Source of the DNA: an uncultured Candidatus Sumerlaeota bacterium
Lineage (GTDB): Bacteria; CAYMEV01
Assembly (NCBI GenBank): GCA_964389675.1
Contig: CAYMEV010000010.1
Span: forward strand, 1-64,000
Direction of reading: 5' to 3'
DNA: 64,000 bases
The notes beneath the pieces were generated by a model. The model searched no databases. It had not been told where the DNA came from and was given only the letters and a program-made list of their open reading frames with translations. The translations under genes and the position numbers were made by a program. Positions 30,401 to 39,760 of this stretch are shown piece by piece; within the stretch, counting starts at the first letter, position 1; every line of letters begins with the position of its first letter.

Positions 30401-31320
30401 AAAAGAATGGCATAGAATATAAGCTTATCATAGCTTATATACATGCCGGCATGATTTATATACAGCAGTACAATGGAGGCACTGACGGCCATATATACCA
30501 GTTTCATCCTTAATGCAGAGGACTCTGCTGACCTCCTGAATGGCCTGAATGCCATTATTAAAAGTGAAATATATAAAAAGAACCTGAGATAAAAAATTCC
30601 TTCTGAATAAAGCAGGATAAAATGCCCAAGAAAATATAAAAAAGGAAAAGCTGGTTCCGTATGCCTGATCTTTTTTATTAAAAAAACAGAGATCAGAAGC
30701 AGTAATATGAAAAGACTGGTATTATTCCTGAGAAAGGAAAGGCTGATGCTGGTCCTATCAGCCTTAACAATGCTGAACAAAGGCATTTCATTATAAGAAA
30801 ATACAGCGGAGTCCTGCTCTGCTTTAATATTTGGCGATATTGCGTAATATGGGGGCAGCTTGACTGAGATCCTGTCCGGATAGTTCTCTGAATATATAAG
30901 GAAAAACAGATAAGTGCCTGGCATGAGCTTCCTGTAGAAATAAGCGGTATTTTCACTGTGAATTGTCCCGAAATCATAGGAGACATTTGCAATATCATTG
31001 TAAGGGATATATGCTTTTCCGGCAATCATACCGGGATGCCGGTCCCTGAAACTGACCAGGAAAAGGTAATGCTTGTCCAGGTATTCCTTCAGGCCGGCGG
31101 GTAATCTGTCACTGCCTATTCCCCGGGATATTGCAGACATTACATATTCTGAATGCTCAGTTATCGCGTTTTCAACAATATTATAAACAGCATCCTTCTC
31201 TATCGGCTTTTGCCCGCCGGAACAGCCAAAAAGCAGGGATAATGTCAGAATGATTACTGCTGAAAGGATAAAGCCTGTTACTATAGTATTTCTCATAGAA
31301 AACTTATTGTATAATAGCAT
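27493..31320 (-). CDS. Large multi-pass membrane sensor histidine kinase (NtrY-like core)
   Basis: H-box FAHDIKNPL, N-box NLIRNSVES, G boxes IKDNGPGI and GFGIGL; many TM segments; start may be the ATG at 31296. Confidence 0.88.
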   Translation of the reverse strand: MLLYNKFSMRNTIVTGFILSAVIILTLSLLFGCSGGQKPIEKDAVYNIVENAITEHSEYVMSAISRGIGSDRLPAGLKEYLDKHYLFLVSFRDRHPGMIAGKAYIPYNDIANVSYDFGTIHSENTAYFYRKLMPGTYLFFLIYSENYPDRISVKLPPYYAISPNIKAEQDSAVFSYNEMPLFSIVKADRTSISLSFLRNNTSLFILLLLISVFLIKKIRHTEPAFPFLYFLGHFILLYSEGIFYLRFFLYISLLIMAFRPFRRSAESSALRMKLVYMAVSASIVLLYINHAGMYISYDKLIFYAILFNINLFFIMLLRALKANTAKIAVIVLLLNMSLSLVLIMLYESELNTDIMLKLKTISYDEHSISKIIAMDLFNSLNKEILYERLLSGKTSKLGFETYRDSLASFLKRDITVILFDSMGKITERFSLREPLNYLNVESYIQDIFLNGKIDHMEEHETKPDIYIRGELLIKDTLIGGGILILCSLDYFCNDLQSVNMNITEALFSHQSPKPEWIRPLLDRSYYYLVIKNTNIIHSSRNISFEVPQDFYEISAKNGPISQAGNIIINKKSCRAYYFKQKGRPLLVFLIEDYDIYYFIFAFINNISLSLAAFFPLLIMIAVPRIRERVDIHSLRTRIGFSTALLSLIPVLMVFYILQSALSNYFSNYHASQVQKISFDIKESISLEINKRSELILKSRILEDFISGRIQVEGLERYLLGHFQDTPINGISIKNNQMPVYERQENISIHKESRILEGILDYKSTQKGLYITIYKKVKDIEAIFIFELTRSFLEEISGKFSADLGFADKSGFISLSTFDFLMYSGIIPYNQGAGLLDRDIHPIKIKGQDYYISSKELHPRDTSLIVIKQLMPVYLLQIITRFTTIIFSFVLLIVVIILTKTDSLIAGNINSFIKKLNMIREEKLKSVNTDEINLTEFKRVANMMNELLNTIYKSNLITDTLIKSIPVAILLLDSENNTIHSNKIFDDWAKLLEDQINSFLDDSSINTAVFPVFSSGRNKHKQVFKLDKYPIEMKDNKTANLIMITDISSLLELEEAKLRTKMAEKFAHDIKNPLMPIKLYVQHLSRLYERDRDKFTSDFAATADTILSQVEIIESILLRYARIKKEESRLDKIHRLGDIFQSLKNSFIFHDGKIEVSFVVNDPDSKVLIDYIEFFNAISNLIRNSVESLKGKGRIIITESITGKDLSICIKDNGPGIPESILKIIKTSGNASSKAQGFGIGLQLAKDFAEMMNGNMAIQSDKNGTEIIIILPGIVQ

Positions 31321-31443
31321 ATTTCTGACAAATCTGATAGCAATATCATTACTATTTGTACAAAATAAAATTCTGTACCGGGGAAAAAAGCACCTATAAA
31401 ACGGCAGAAAACCATAATGGGCAAAAGTGCCTTTTAATGAGGT

Positions 31444-33237
31444 TTATTGTATATATCCCAGGCTTTTCAGCTTTGGGTTCAATTCGATATCTGTGTCTTG
31501 ATGCAAAACTGCATTTTCTGCTTTTATATAAGCATCGGCCGCCTTGTCAAGCAGTGTATCAAAAGGATCCATGTTTTCAGCGGGCATATATAGATTGGCC
31601 TTTTCCATCGGGTCGCTCAGGAGGTCATAAATCTCAATATTTCTGCTGTCAGTGATAATCTTGAGATCCTTATCGATAATTCCAATCTTCATGCTGGTTA
31701 TATTTCGCTTTCCAAAAAGGTGAAAGACATGCTCCCTGTCATCTGGCAGATCTTCTGAAGATATCAGGCTTTTTCCATGAAAGACGGTATTGCCCGGGGT
31801 AATATTGCAGAAGTTCAGAATTGTGGGCATAATGTCCAGATGTGATGTGGTCTTGTCGACAAATTCCAGCCCGCTGTGTCCGGTACTATCATTGATAATT
31901 ATCATTGGTACCTTAATTGTTGTATTGTAGGGGGATTCAACGTGGTCGAAATAGATGCTGTGTTCATCAAGGGATTCTCCATGGTCAGCTGTGATGATTA
32001 TAATTGCATTGCTTAGGAGATCGTCTGCTTCAAGCTCAGACAGCAGGTCAACAAGATGTGAATGCAGATATTCTGTTTCCTTATAATAAAGCTCCTTAAC
32101 ATATTCTATTCCAGCTCCCCGGGGGACCCATCCTTTTAAATAATCACCCTTCTGCGGATCCTGGAACAGCTTAAGCATTGCCTCCCTATCATCGGGATTG
32201 CTGTAATAGGGCTTTTTCTTGAAATTCTCAGGCTCATAAGGGGCATGCGGGTCAAAGAAATGCACAAAAAGGAAAAAACTGCCTCTTTTCAGAAGGGGCA
32301 GATTTGACTTGATAGCTCTATTGGTGTCCTGAGCTTTCCTTTTAGCAAAATGCCTGCAGAATGAAAACAGCCTGAGCGGATGAAAACCGTAGTCCGAAAG
32401 GGAATAAAGCTCATTGTATAAAAGGAATCCCTGGTCGAGATTCGAGATACTGCTGTTCATGGTAAGCCCGCTTATATAGCCGAAGGTATTATATCCGGAA
32501 TCCTTAAGGACTTCAGCAAGGGTGTCAAATTCAGCTGAAAGAGGGTATGCATTTGTATAAACCCCGTGCTCTGTAAGGTAAAGTGATGTAAACATGGTCG
32601 AATGACTCGGATTGGTCTGGGGGGAACAGGTATAATGGTTTAAGAATACAGTGGAATTGTGTTTTTGAATATACCTTGTCAGCCCGCAATCTGAATTATT
32701 CTTATATATTCCAAGCACATCATGCCGGTAGGTATCCATTGAGATCAGAACAATATTCGGCCTGTCATCAGTAATCTTTTCATTGAGCAGGGAATATGAT
32801 CTGAATGGATGCATTAATAAGGGTAAAATGAAAATAAGGCATATAATATGGACAGCATACCTGCTGTCCGATGCCTCATGAATCAAAAATGAAATAATTA
32901 TCGAGGCGAATAATGACAGGATTACGGCCAGCAGGCCATATATGCTGTAGATTGAATGTTTAGGATTCTTTAATACATGCAGCCTGTAGATGAAATCAAA
33001 AAAGAGGATAAGGAATGAAAAGGCAAAGAAAATAAAGGCAAGGATTGTTCTTTTTCCAGGGAGATACTTGACTATAAAAAAGGATAATAGTGAGATAAGG
33101 ATAAAAAAAAATGTATATAAATATCCCTTTAATACATGACTCCATAGGATAATATAGCTTTTGCCAAATATATTATTTATTAAATTAAACAGGAGAAAGA
33201 AAAGCAGGATTTTGTAGAAGTGTGTTTTTTCAAACAT
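31444..33237 (-). CDS. Membrane-anchored sulfatase-family (alkaline phosphatase superfamily) protein
   Basis: N-terminal TMs; PNIVLISMDTYR, TNPSHSTMFT, HFFDPHAPY, TADHGE, DIMPT; C-terminal LKSLGYI. Confidence 0.87.
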   Translation of the reverse strand: MFEKTHFYKILLFFLLFNLINNIFGKSYIILWSHVLKGYLYTFFFILISLLSFFIVKYLPGKRTILAFIFFAFSFLILFFDFIYRLHVLKNPKHSIYSIYGLLAVILSLFASIIISFLIHEASDSRYAVHIICLIFILPLLMHPFRSYSLLNEKITDDRPNIVLISMDTYRHDVLGIYKNNSDCGLTRYIQKHNSTVFLNHYTCSPQTNPSHSTMFTSLYLTEHGVYTNAYPLSAEFDTLAEVLKDSGYNTFGYISGLTMNSSISNLDQGFLLYNELYSLSDYGFHPLRLFSFCRHFAKRKAQDTNRAIKSNLPLLKRGSFFLFVHFFDPHAPYEPENFKKKPYYSNPDDREAMLKLFQDPQKGDYLKGWVPRGAGIEYVKELYYKETEYLHSHLVDLLSELEADDLLSNAIIIITADHGESLDEHSIYFDHVESPYNTTIKVPMIIINDSTGHSGLEFVDKTTSHLDIMPTILNFCNITPGNTVFHGKSLISSEDLPDDREHVFHLFGKRNITSMKIGIIDKDLKIITDSRNIEIYDLLSDPMEKANLYMPAENMDPFDTLLDKAADAYIKAENAVLHQDTDIELNPKLKSLGYIQ

Positions 33238-33444
33238 ATATCATATATAAATAATGGAAGCTGAAAGTAAAGAAAAAATAAACCTAATTAATAATAATGA
33301 GTATTATTATTATAAATGGAAAAAAATTATTGCATTGATTTTAAAAATTAATATAATGAAAATGCTGATGATATATTTTGGTCAATCATATTTATTAAAG
33401 ATTCATATGCAAAATAAACTAATTAACTAAAGGAGGTAGTTTCA

Positions 33445-35706
33445 GTGAAATTATTTAAATCACTATGCCTGGTGCTTATTATGGCTTTTCTTGCTATCAG
33501 CATAACCGGCACTGAGTATGCATCACCCTTCTCAAAGCTTGACAGGGCCGTAAGCGAAGGGAAGGTTGATATTTATGATGCAGCGATTATAAAGGCAGCT
33601 GCGATTTTCCAGGGGACAGATGTCCCGGATGAGTATTTTGTAGATAATGCATCTGTCAAATGCCTTACTCCCTATATCCTTGAGATAGAGGGATTATTGG
33701 AAGATGCCCCTCAGACATATAAGGACCAGTATAAGGGCTTAAAAGCCAGGCCATCTTTTTCAGGCCCTGAAGAGGTTTTCATATCACCTGACGGTTATTT
33801 CTACATACATTTTACGAGGGATGGTGTTGACGCGCCTAACCTTACAGATTCAGATTCATCAGGAACCCCTGATTATGTTGAGGTTATGGCTGATGCCTTT
33901 GATCTGAGCTACAATGAATACCACAATATCATAGGTTATCTGACCCCTCCGGGAGATGATACTGAGGGCGGAGGAACCGATATATACGATATCTATATAA
34001 AGAACCTGCAGGGAACAGGAGCCCTGGGGTATACCAGCCCTGAGGGGGCATCCAACGACAATCCTACATACCCCACCAGGAGGATATCCTATATCGTAAT
34101 GCATAAAAACCTGAATGTAGCACAGAGGACATCCACATCAGCGCATGAATACACACATGCTGTACAGTTTGCTTACTATTATGATTCATACTATGATACA
34201 ACAAGAGCATGGATGGAAAATCATGCAATGTATGATGAAGAGGTTGTATTTCCTGATGATAATGACTGGGATGGGTATGTCGGCTCAAGACAGAACAGGC
34301 CATATCTTGCCCTGTGGACATTTGAAAGCCCCTCATTTCCGGATTCAGGCCTTTTCCCTTACGGCAATGTAATATGGGCATTCTTTTTAAGGGAATACAT
34401 TGCAGGCTATGACGAGCAGTTCATGCTGGACCTGACCGACAGAATGGGACAGTATACAGCCCCCGGAGACGGCGGTTACTACAGGCAGGCACTGGATGAG
34501 ACAATACTGGATTATTCTTCAGGTGCATACTATACTGCAACAGCCTATAATATCTTTACCAACTGGAATTATCTTGTAGCATCACTTTATGACGGAACAA
34601 CCTATGATGAGGGGGATGATTTCTCAAGGACTCCCAGAGTACACCATCAGATTGAGGCTACGACCGATATACCCTTCTACGGGGATGCATCTCCTGTAAA
34701 TGTAAATGATTACTATACCCAGTCCATGGGAAGCCATTATAATATCATAAACAATACAGACCTGTGCGGATATACAGGAATCAGCATCCATTTTCTCGGT
34801 TCAGCCACTTTAAATTCAGCCTGGGGCTACTCTGTAGCAGCTCATGATAAGAATGCTGACTGGAATGCAGGCTGGACCTGGCTTGAGATCGAAAATCTGA
34901 CCGTAGAGCCGTTTGAGGCATATATTAATGTTTACAACCTTCAGGACTACGACAGGGTTGTATTAATAGTTGATAATGCAAGGAATGTCGAAGGTGTTGC
35001 AGGAAGAAACTATGAGGTATGGATCGATTTCCTTCAGGACGGGCCTGATGCATCAATTTCAGCATCAGATATCACGATCACACCGGAGATACCACAGCCA
35101 GGCGATATCGTTAATATTGATGCCAGAATATATAATATAGGTAATGCTGATATTACAAACGGTACTGTTAATTTTTATTACAGCCTCGAACCCGGAGTTG
35201 ACCTCCAGCTTATAAGTTCAACCCCTGACTTTGGTGCACTTGCACAGGGTGCATATCTGGACTTTAATGCTGTCTGGGATACAGCCGGTATTGATCCGGA
35301 CCTTTATATAATAACAGTTGAAATAGCAGATGTTGAACCATCGGATGTCAACCTTAACAATAATATAATGACTGCAGAGATGCAGCTCCCTGTAGAGCTT
35401 TCGTATTTCAATGCAATCGGTTTCGGCAACAGGGTAAACCTGCGCTGGCAGACAGTTTCAGAGGTAGATAATCTTGGTTTTAACCTCTACAGGCTAAATG
35501 CGAAAAAAGTAAATCCGTTTGTGTCCTTTACCCCGGTCAAGATCAATGATCAGCTCATTCAGGGACAGGGTACATCATCAACACCGCAAAACTATTCATT
35601 TATAGATCATGTTAAGCCCGGTGCAGAATATTTCTATATACTTGAGTCTGTTTCAACAGAAGGCGAAACACAGGAATGGAAGACAAGGCTTAACTGGACC
35701 ATGTAA
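33445..35706 (+). CDS. Secreted HEXXH zinc metalloprotease (MXAN_6640-like) with CARDB-LPVEL tail
   Basis: SD AAGGAGG with GTG start; signal peptide; FYIHFT..G.DAP, GTPDYV, TSAHEYTHAVQFAY, downstream WMENHA; shared tail. Confidence 0.85.
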   Translation: MKLFKSLCLVLIMAFLAISITGTEYASPFSKLDRAVSEGKVDIYDAAIIKAAAIFQGTDVPDEYFVDNASVKCLTPYILEIEGLLEDAPQTYKDQYKGLKARPSFSGPEEVFISPDGYFYIHFTRDGVDAPNLTDSDSSGTPDYVEVMADAFDLSYNEYHNIIGYLTPPGDDTEGGGTDIYDIYIKNLQGTGALGYTSPEGASNDNPTYPTRRISYIVMHKNLNVAQRTSTSAHEYTHAVQFAYYYDSYYDTTRAWMENHAMYDEEVVFPDDNDWDGYVGSRQNRPYLALWTFESPSFPDSGLFPYGNVIWAFFLREYIAGYDEQFMLDLTDRMGQYTAPGDGGYYRQALDETILDYSSGAYYTATAYNIFTNWNYLVASLYDGTTYDEGDDFSRTPRVHHQIEATTDIPFYGDASPVNVNDYYTQSMGSHYNIINNTDLCGYTGISIHFLGSATLNSAWGYSVAAHDKNADWNAGWTWLEIENLTVEPFEAYINVYNLQDYDRVVLIVDNARNVEGVAGRNYEVWIDFLQDGPDASISASDITITPEIPQPGDIVNIDARIYNIGNADITNGTVNFYYSLEPGVDLQLISSTPDFGALAQGAYLDFNAVWDTAGIDPDLYIITVEIADVEPSDVNLNNNIMTAEMQLPVELSYFNAIGFGNRVNLRWQTVSEVDNLGFNLYRLNAKKVNPFVSFTPVKINDQLIQGQGTSSTPQNYSFIDHVKPGAEYFYILESVSTEGETQEWKTRLNWTM

Positions 35707-35707
35707 A

Positions 35708-35733
35708 AAAAGGGGGGGACAGCCCCCCCTTTT
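35708..35733 (+). terminator. Rho-independent terminator
   Basis: AAAA-GGGGGGG-acag-CCCCCCC-TTTT directly after the stop codon. Confidence 0.88.
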
Positions 35734-35777
35734 CTCTAATTTTATTCACAATTAAAATTATTTGATTATAATATAAT

Positions 35778-36431
35778 ATGCCTTTTATGTTTGATTATCT
35801 GAGGGTATCTTTGTCCAGAAAATATATAATATACTGTTTTATCGTTTTCTTCTTCTGTGTAAGGGGCTATTCAGAATGCAGCCTGGATACGGTAAAGGGT
35901 ATATTTTCCATGGACAGCTCTATTTCAACATTCGAGGCTGATTTTGTTCAGCAGCACAAAAACAGGGCTTTTAGAAACCCTCAAAAATCAAGCGGCAGGA
36001 TATTTATTAAAAATCCTGATCTTTTCAAGATACACTCTATCGAGCCGAGGGAGGAACTGCTTATTATGAACGGGAATTCTCTGATCAGCTTTGACCCGGA
36101 AACAAAGGCAAGGAGAGAGAGAAAGATAGACGGATATACGGAAGACCTGAGGCTTTTTTACCTTTTTAATGTCGATTATGATGATCTGAATGATGCCTAT
36201 TTTATAAGGTGCATAGAGGAAGAAGATGTCTACAGGGTTAACCTTGCGCCCAGAAATATGAACCTTCAGAAAAGGCTTCTTAATATAATTATAAGCGTAT
36301 CAAAAAAAGACCTGATGATCAGGAATATATCCTATTTCCTTCGTAATGAAGAAGAAATACATATATCATTCAGCAATATATCTGTTAATAAGCCGCTGGA
36401 TGAAGATCTTTTCAGCCTGGAGGCTGAATGA
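35778..36431 (+). CDS. lolA: LolA-like outer membrane lipoprotein carrier
   Basis: TFEADFVQ, SSGRIFIKNPDLFK, ISFSNISVNKPLDEDLFS. Confidence 0.75.
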   Translation: MPFMFDYLRVSLSRKYIIYCFIVFFFCVRGYSECSLDTVKGIFSMDSSISTFEADFVQQHKNRAFRNPQKSSGRIFIKNPDLFKIHSIEPREELLIMNGNSLISFDPETKARRERKIDGYTEDLRLFYLFNVDYDDLNDAYFIRCIEEEDVYRVNLAPRNMNLQKRLLNIIISVSKKDLMIRNISYFLRNEEEIHISFSNISVNKPLDEDLFSLEAE

Positions 36432-36511
36432 ATGAATTTATTATATATACTGGTCTGTCAGAATCTTATATAAAGTAACTAAAAATAAATATTTACCATA
36501 GGGGAATTATT

Positions 36512-38935
36512 ATGAAAAAACTCTCTTACAAAGATCTTGTTTTCAGGATACATGATAAGCATCCAAAATTCAGTAATACTGATGCACTGGAAGCCTGTGA
36601 GGGGATTATTGGCCAGAAAAGGGCTATTAATGCAATTGTAATGGGATTGGATATGAAGCAGGAGGGATATAATATTTTTATCTCAGGCATGACAGGAACA
36701 GGGCGGAACACTACGATAAAGAAACTCCTTGATAATATTGCGGTTAAAAAGAAAGCTGAACTTGAAGATAAGGTATTTGTACATAACTTCAAACATCCTG
36801 AACAGCCTATATTTATTGCATTAAAAGCCGGTGAGGGGATAAAACTGAAAAAGTATATGCACAGCCTGGTGAAGTATTTTATTAAAATACTGCCTGCCAC
36901 ATTGAAGGATGCAAGCTTTAAGGTAAAAAGGAACGAAGAGCTTGATAAATTCGCAAAAGAGAAAAAGGACCTTATAAAAGAATTTCAGAAGAAGGCCAAT
37001 GACATGGGATTTGATGTCTCTGAGGTAGAGGAGGAAAACCAGACCCGGACCATTATCACTCCGGTGGTTAATAAAAAGCCAGTCACCATTGAGCAGTTTG
37101 AGGAACTTGCGGAAAACGGCAAGATCGAAGCAAAGGAAGCTGAAAGGATAATGATAATCTACAGGCGTTTGACCCTTGACCTTGAGAAATTATTCGATAA
37201 TATAGCCAGAATTGATGAAAGGCTTGAAGCGAAGATAGAAAGCATTATAGCAGAGAGGATCGGGCCAAAGGTCAACAGCAGGATCAGCGATATTGAAAAA
37301 CTGATTGAAAATGTGAAAGTCAAGTCTTATCTTGATTCAGTCGGTGATTTCGTAAAGAATAATCCCAGCTATTTCTTCATTGATCAGCGTCAGAATCAGT
37401 ATCAGGGTTTCCTGGCAAGAACAATGCAGAACCTTCCGGGAAGGTTCTATATATTTGATGTAAATGTCATTACAGGGAATGCCGGGATTACATCACCCCC
37501 GGTTCTGATAGAGAATTCACCGACAGTAAGGAACCTTTTCGGGACCATAGAAAAAGGGGTTGACAGCAAGGGAAATGAATTCAGCAGTTTCCTGAACATA
37601 AAGCCCGGCAGCTTAATACAGGCTGATGGAGGGTACCTCGTGATCGATGCAGAGGATATGTTTAATGAAGGCAATGTCTATCACCTTCTCAAAAGGACCC
37701 TGAAGACAAAGGAACATACCATTCAGCCTCTTGAGCAGTACTATTTTCATCATGCATCAGGCCTGAAGCCTGAATCCATACCATTGAATGTCAAGGTCAT
37801 ACTGATCGGATCCGAGAACCTGTATGATCATCTGGATTACCTGGATGACGATTTTTCCAAGATATTCAAGGTAAAAGCCCAGTTCGATACTGAATTCGAA
37901 AATAACCTTAAAAACCAGATGGAATACGGAAAATTTATTAAGATGCTCTGCACAAAAGAGAATCTAAAGCCATTGGATTTTTCTGCTTTTGAGCAGGTAT
38001 TAAGGTTCAGCTCGAGGCTTTCTGGCAACCGGCAAAAATTATCCACTCAATTTACTCATATTGCTGACCTTATCCGGGAAGCAGATTATTTTGCACAGCT
38101 CAGTAAGAAAAAGGTAATTGAAGAAAAGCATATCAGGAAAGCCCTGAAGGAAAAGGAGTATATGCACAGCCTCTCAAAGGAAAAGATGCTGGATTATATA
38201 AAAGATGATACCATAATTATAAACACAAAGGATGTCGCGGTAGGGCAGATAAACGGCCTGGTTGTTCAGAGTTCCGGGGATCTGAGTTTTGGGATGCCTG
38301 CAAGAATTACTGTTTCAACCTCAATTGGTGAACAGGGCATAGTAAATATTGAGAGGGAAGCTGAGCTTTCCGGGGCTTTTTTTGACAAGGCGGTCCTCAT
38401 AATTGATGGTTACTTAAGGAAGATATTTGCTCAGGATAAGCCATTGAGCGTCAATGTATCTCTTGCATTTGAGCAGAGTTACGGGCAGGTTGAGGGTGAC
38501 AGCGCTTCCCAGGCTGAAATTATTGCAATTTTATCTTCCCTTTCTCAAATCCCGATAAAGCAGTACCTGGCAATAACCGGATCCGTTAACCAGTTTGGAG
38601 AAATACAGCCTATAGGCGGGGTCAATGAGAAGATAGAGGGATTTTTCAATGTATGCAGGATGAGAGGCCTTCAAAAGGACCAGGGGGTTATAATACCGGC
38701 AAGGAATGTCAAGGAGCTTATTCTTAAAGATGAAATTCTTGAAGCAGTTGATAAAGGGCTGTTTACTATCTGGGCAGTCGACAGGGTTGAGGAGTCAGTT
38801 GAGCTTATGATGGGGGTTGAATCCGGAAAGATAGAAAAAAACGGGGCTTTTACTCCGGGTTCTGTTTATGACATATCAAATAAAAAACTCTGGGAATATG
38901 CAAATACCTGGAAAAAATGGTCAAATGCTGACTGA
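36512..38935 (+). CDS. Lon-family protease (LonC/AAA_32 type, S16 C-terminal domain)
   Basis: IIGQKRA, GYNIFISGMTGTGR, ADGGYLVI, GQINGL, FEQSYGQVEGDSAS (catalytic Ser), GGVNEKIEGF (Lys). Confidence 0.92.
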   Translation: MKKLSYKDLVFRIHDKHPKFSNTDALEACEGIIGQKRAINAIVMGLDMKQEGYNIFISGMTGTGRNTTIKKLLDNIAVKKKAELEDKVFVHNFKHPEQPIFIALKAGEGIKLKKYMHSLVKYFIKILPATLKDASFKVKRNEELDKFAKEKKDLIKEFQKKANDMGFDVSEVEEENQTRTIITPVVNKKPVTIEQFEELAENGKIEAKEAERIMIIYRRLTLDLEKLFDNIARIDERLEAKIESIIAERIGPKVNSRISDIEKLIENVKVKSYLDSVGDFVKNNPSYFFIDQRQNQYQGFLARTMQNLPGRFYIFDVNVITGNAGITSPPVLIENSPTVRNLFGTIEKGVDSKGNEFSSFLNIKPGSLIQADGGYLVIDAEDMFNEGNVYHLLKRTLKTKEHTIQPLEQYYFHHASGLKPESIPLNVKVILIGSENLYDHLDYLDDDFSKIFKVKAQFDTEFENNLKNQMEYGKFIKMLCTKENLKPLDFSAFEQVLRFSSRLSGNRQKLSTQFTHIADLIREADYFAQLSKKKVIEEKHIRKALKEKEYMHSLSKEKMLDYIKDDTIIINTKDVAVGQINGLVVQSSGDLSFGMPARITVSTSIGEQGIVNIEREAELSGAFFDKAVLIIDGYLRKIFAQDKPLSVNVSLAFEQSYGQVEGDSASQAEIIAILSSLSQIPIKQYLAITGSVNQFGEIQPIGGVNEKIEGFFNVCRMRGLQKDQGVIIPARNVKELILKDEILEAVDKGLFTIWAVDRVEESVELMMGVESGKIEKNGAFTPGSVYDISNKKLWEYANTWKKWSNAD

Positions 38936-38943
38936 TCCTGTGA

Positions 38944-38976
38944 AATAAGAGAGGATCTTGAAGATCCTCTCTTATT
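38944..38976. terminator. Perfect 16-bp inverted repeat, probable bidirectional terminator
   Basis: AATAAGAGAGGATCTT-g-AAGATCCTCTCTTATT between convergent genes. Confidence 0.85.
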
Positions 38977-38991
38977 CTGGAATTAAGATTG

Positions 38992-39747
38992 TTATTCGCT
39001 ATTGTCATTCATTTCCTGATCCTTCTGATCAGGATTTTCATCCGGAAGCCCGGAGATATCCTTTTTCAGGTTTTCGAGCACTCTGACGGCATCATCGCCG
39101 TCCAGATCCCTCAGTTCTCCTATCTGGTCGTTTATATAGGCCAGTATCTCTGTTTTCCTTGCGATCAGTTCTTCTTTCGTATTCCTGGAAAATTCCTTAA
39201 GCTTTTCATTTAAGCTGTTAAGCTTTTCATTTAATTTATTATTCTCAGTCTGCCGGCTGATAAGGCTCTTAATCTGATCAATCCCGTCACTGAATATCTT
39301 TGATGATTCATTCCTGACAGTTTCAGATATAGTATTCTTAATATCATCTATCCCTACGACAATATACTGATAAACAGATTTATAAAGCGTGCTTTCTATT
39401 ATATGGCCTTTGCTTATGGGTGTTTTTCTGTCTTCTGCTTTTTCTACATAGATGCTTCCATCCTTTACATAGAAAGTATCCTCTTCGCAGATAAGATAGT
39501 ATATATCTCCCTTCAGCCTTATTTTTGCTGTATCCCTTTCAATATCGCCGGGATCTCCGATGGTTTCTGTATCAATACCTGCAATACTGCCAATTGTTAT
39601 GTCCTCAAAGATTAAAGGCGCTCCTTCTTCCAGATTATGATTATCAGGAAGGATCACTCTTATGACAGGATTTCTGAAAGATTCATACACAAATATTGTT
39701 ACAGCTATGATCAATCCTATGAATATAAGCATCAGGAATTTTTTCAT
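38992..39747 (-). CDS. MlaD/MCE-like membrane-anchored protein with helical tail
   Basis: N-terminal TM, then NLEEGAPLIFEDITIGSI resembling the MCE core; coiled-coil-like C-terminus. Confidence 0.55.
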   Translation of the reverse strand: MKKFLMLIFIGLIIAVTIFVYESFRNPVIRVILPDNHNLEEGAPLIFEDITIGSIAGIDTETIGDPGDIERDTAKIRLKGDIYYLICEEDTFYVKDGSIYVEKAEDRKTPISKGHIIESTLYKSVYQYIVVGIDDIKNTISETVRNESSKIFSDGIDQIKSLISRQTENNKLNEKLNSLNEKLKEFSRNTKEELIARKTEILAYINDQIGELRDLDGDDAVRVLENLKKDISGLPDENPDQKDQEMNDNSE

Positions 39748-39760
39748 ATTGGCCAGACCC

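Noticed and set aside
36512-38935. Non-canonical Walker A (GTGR) in the Lon protease as a novelty
   Set aside because: This is typical of the known LonC/AAA_32 subfamily.
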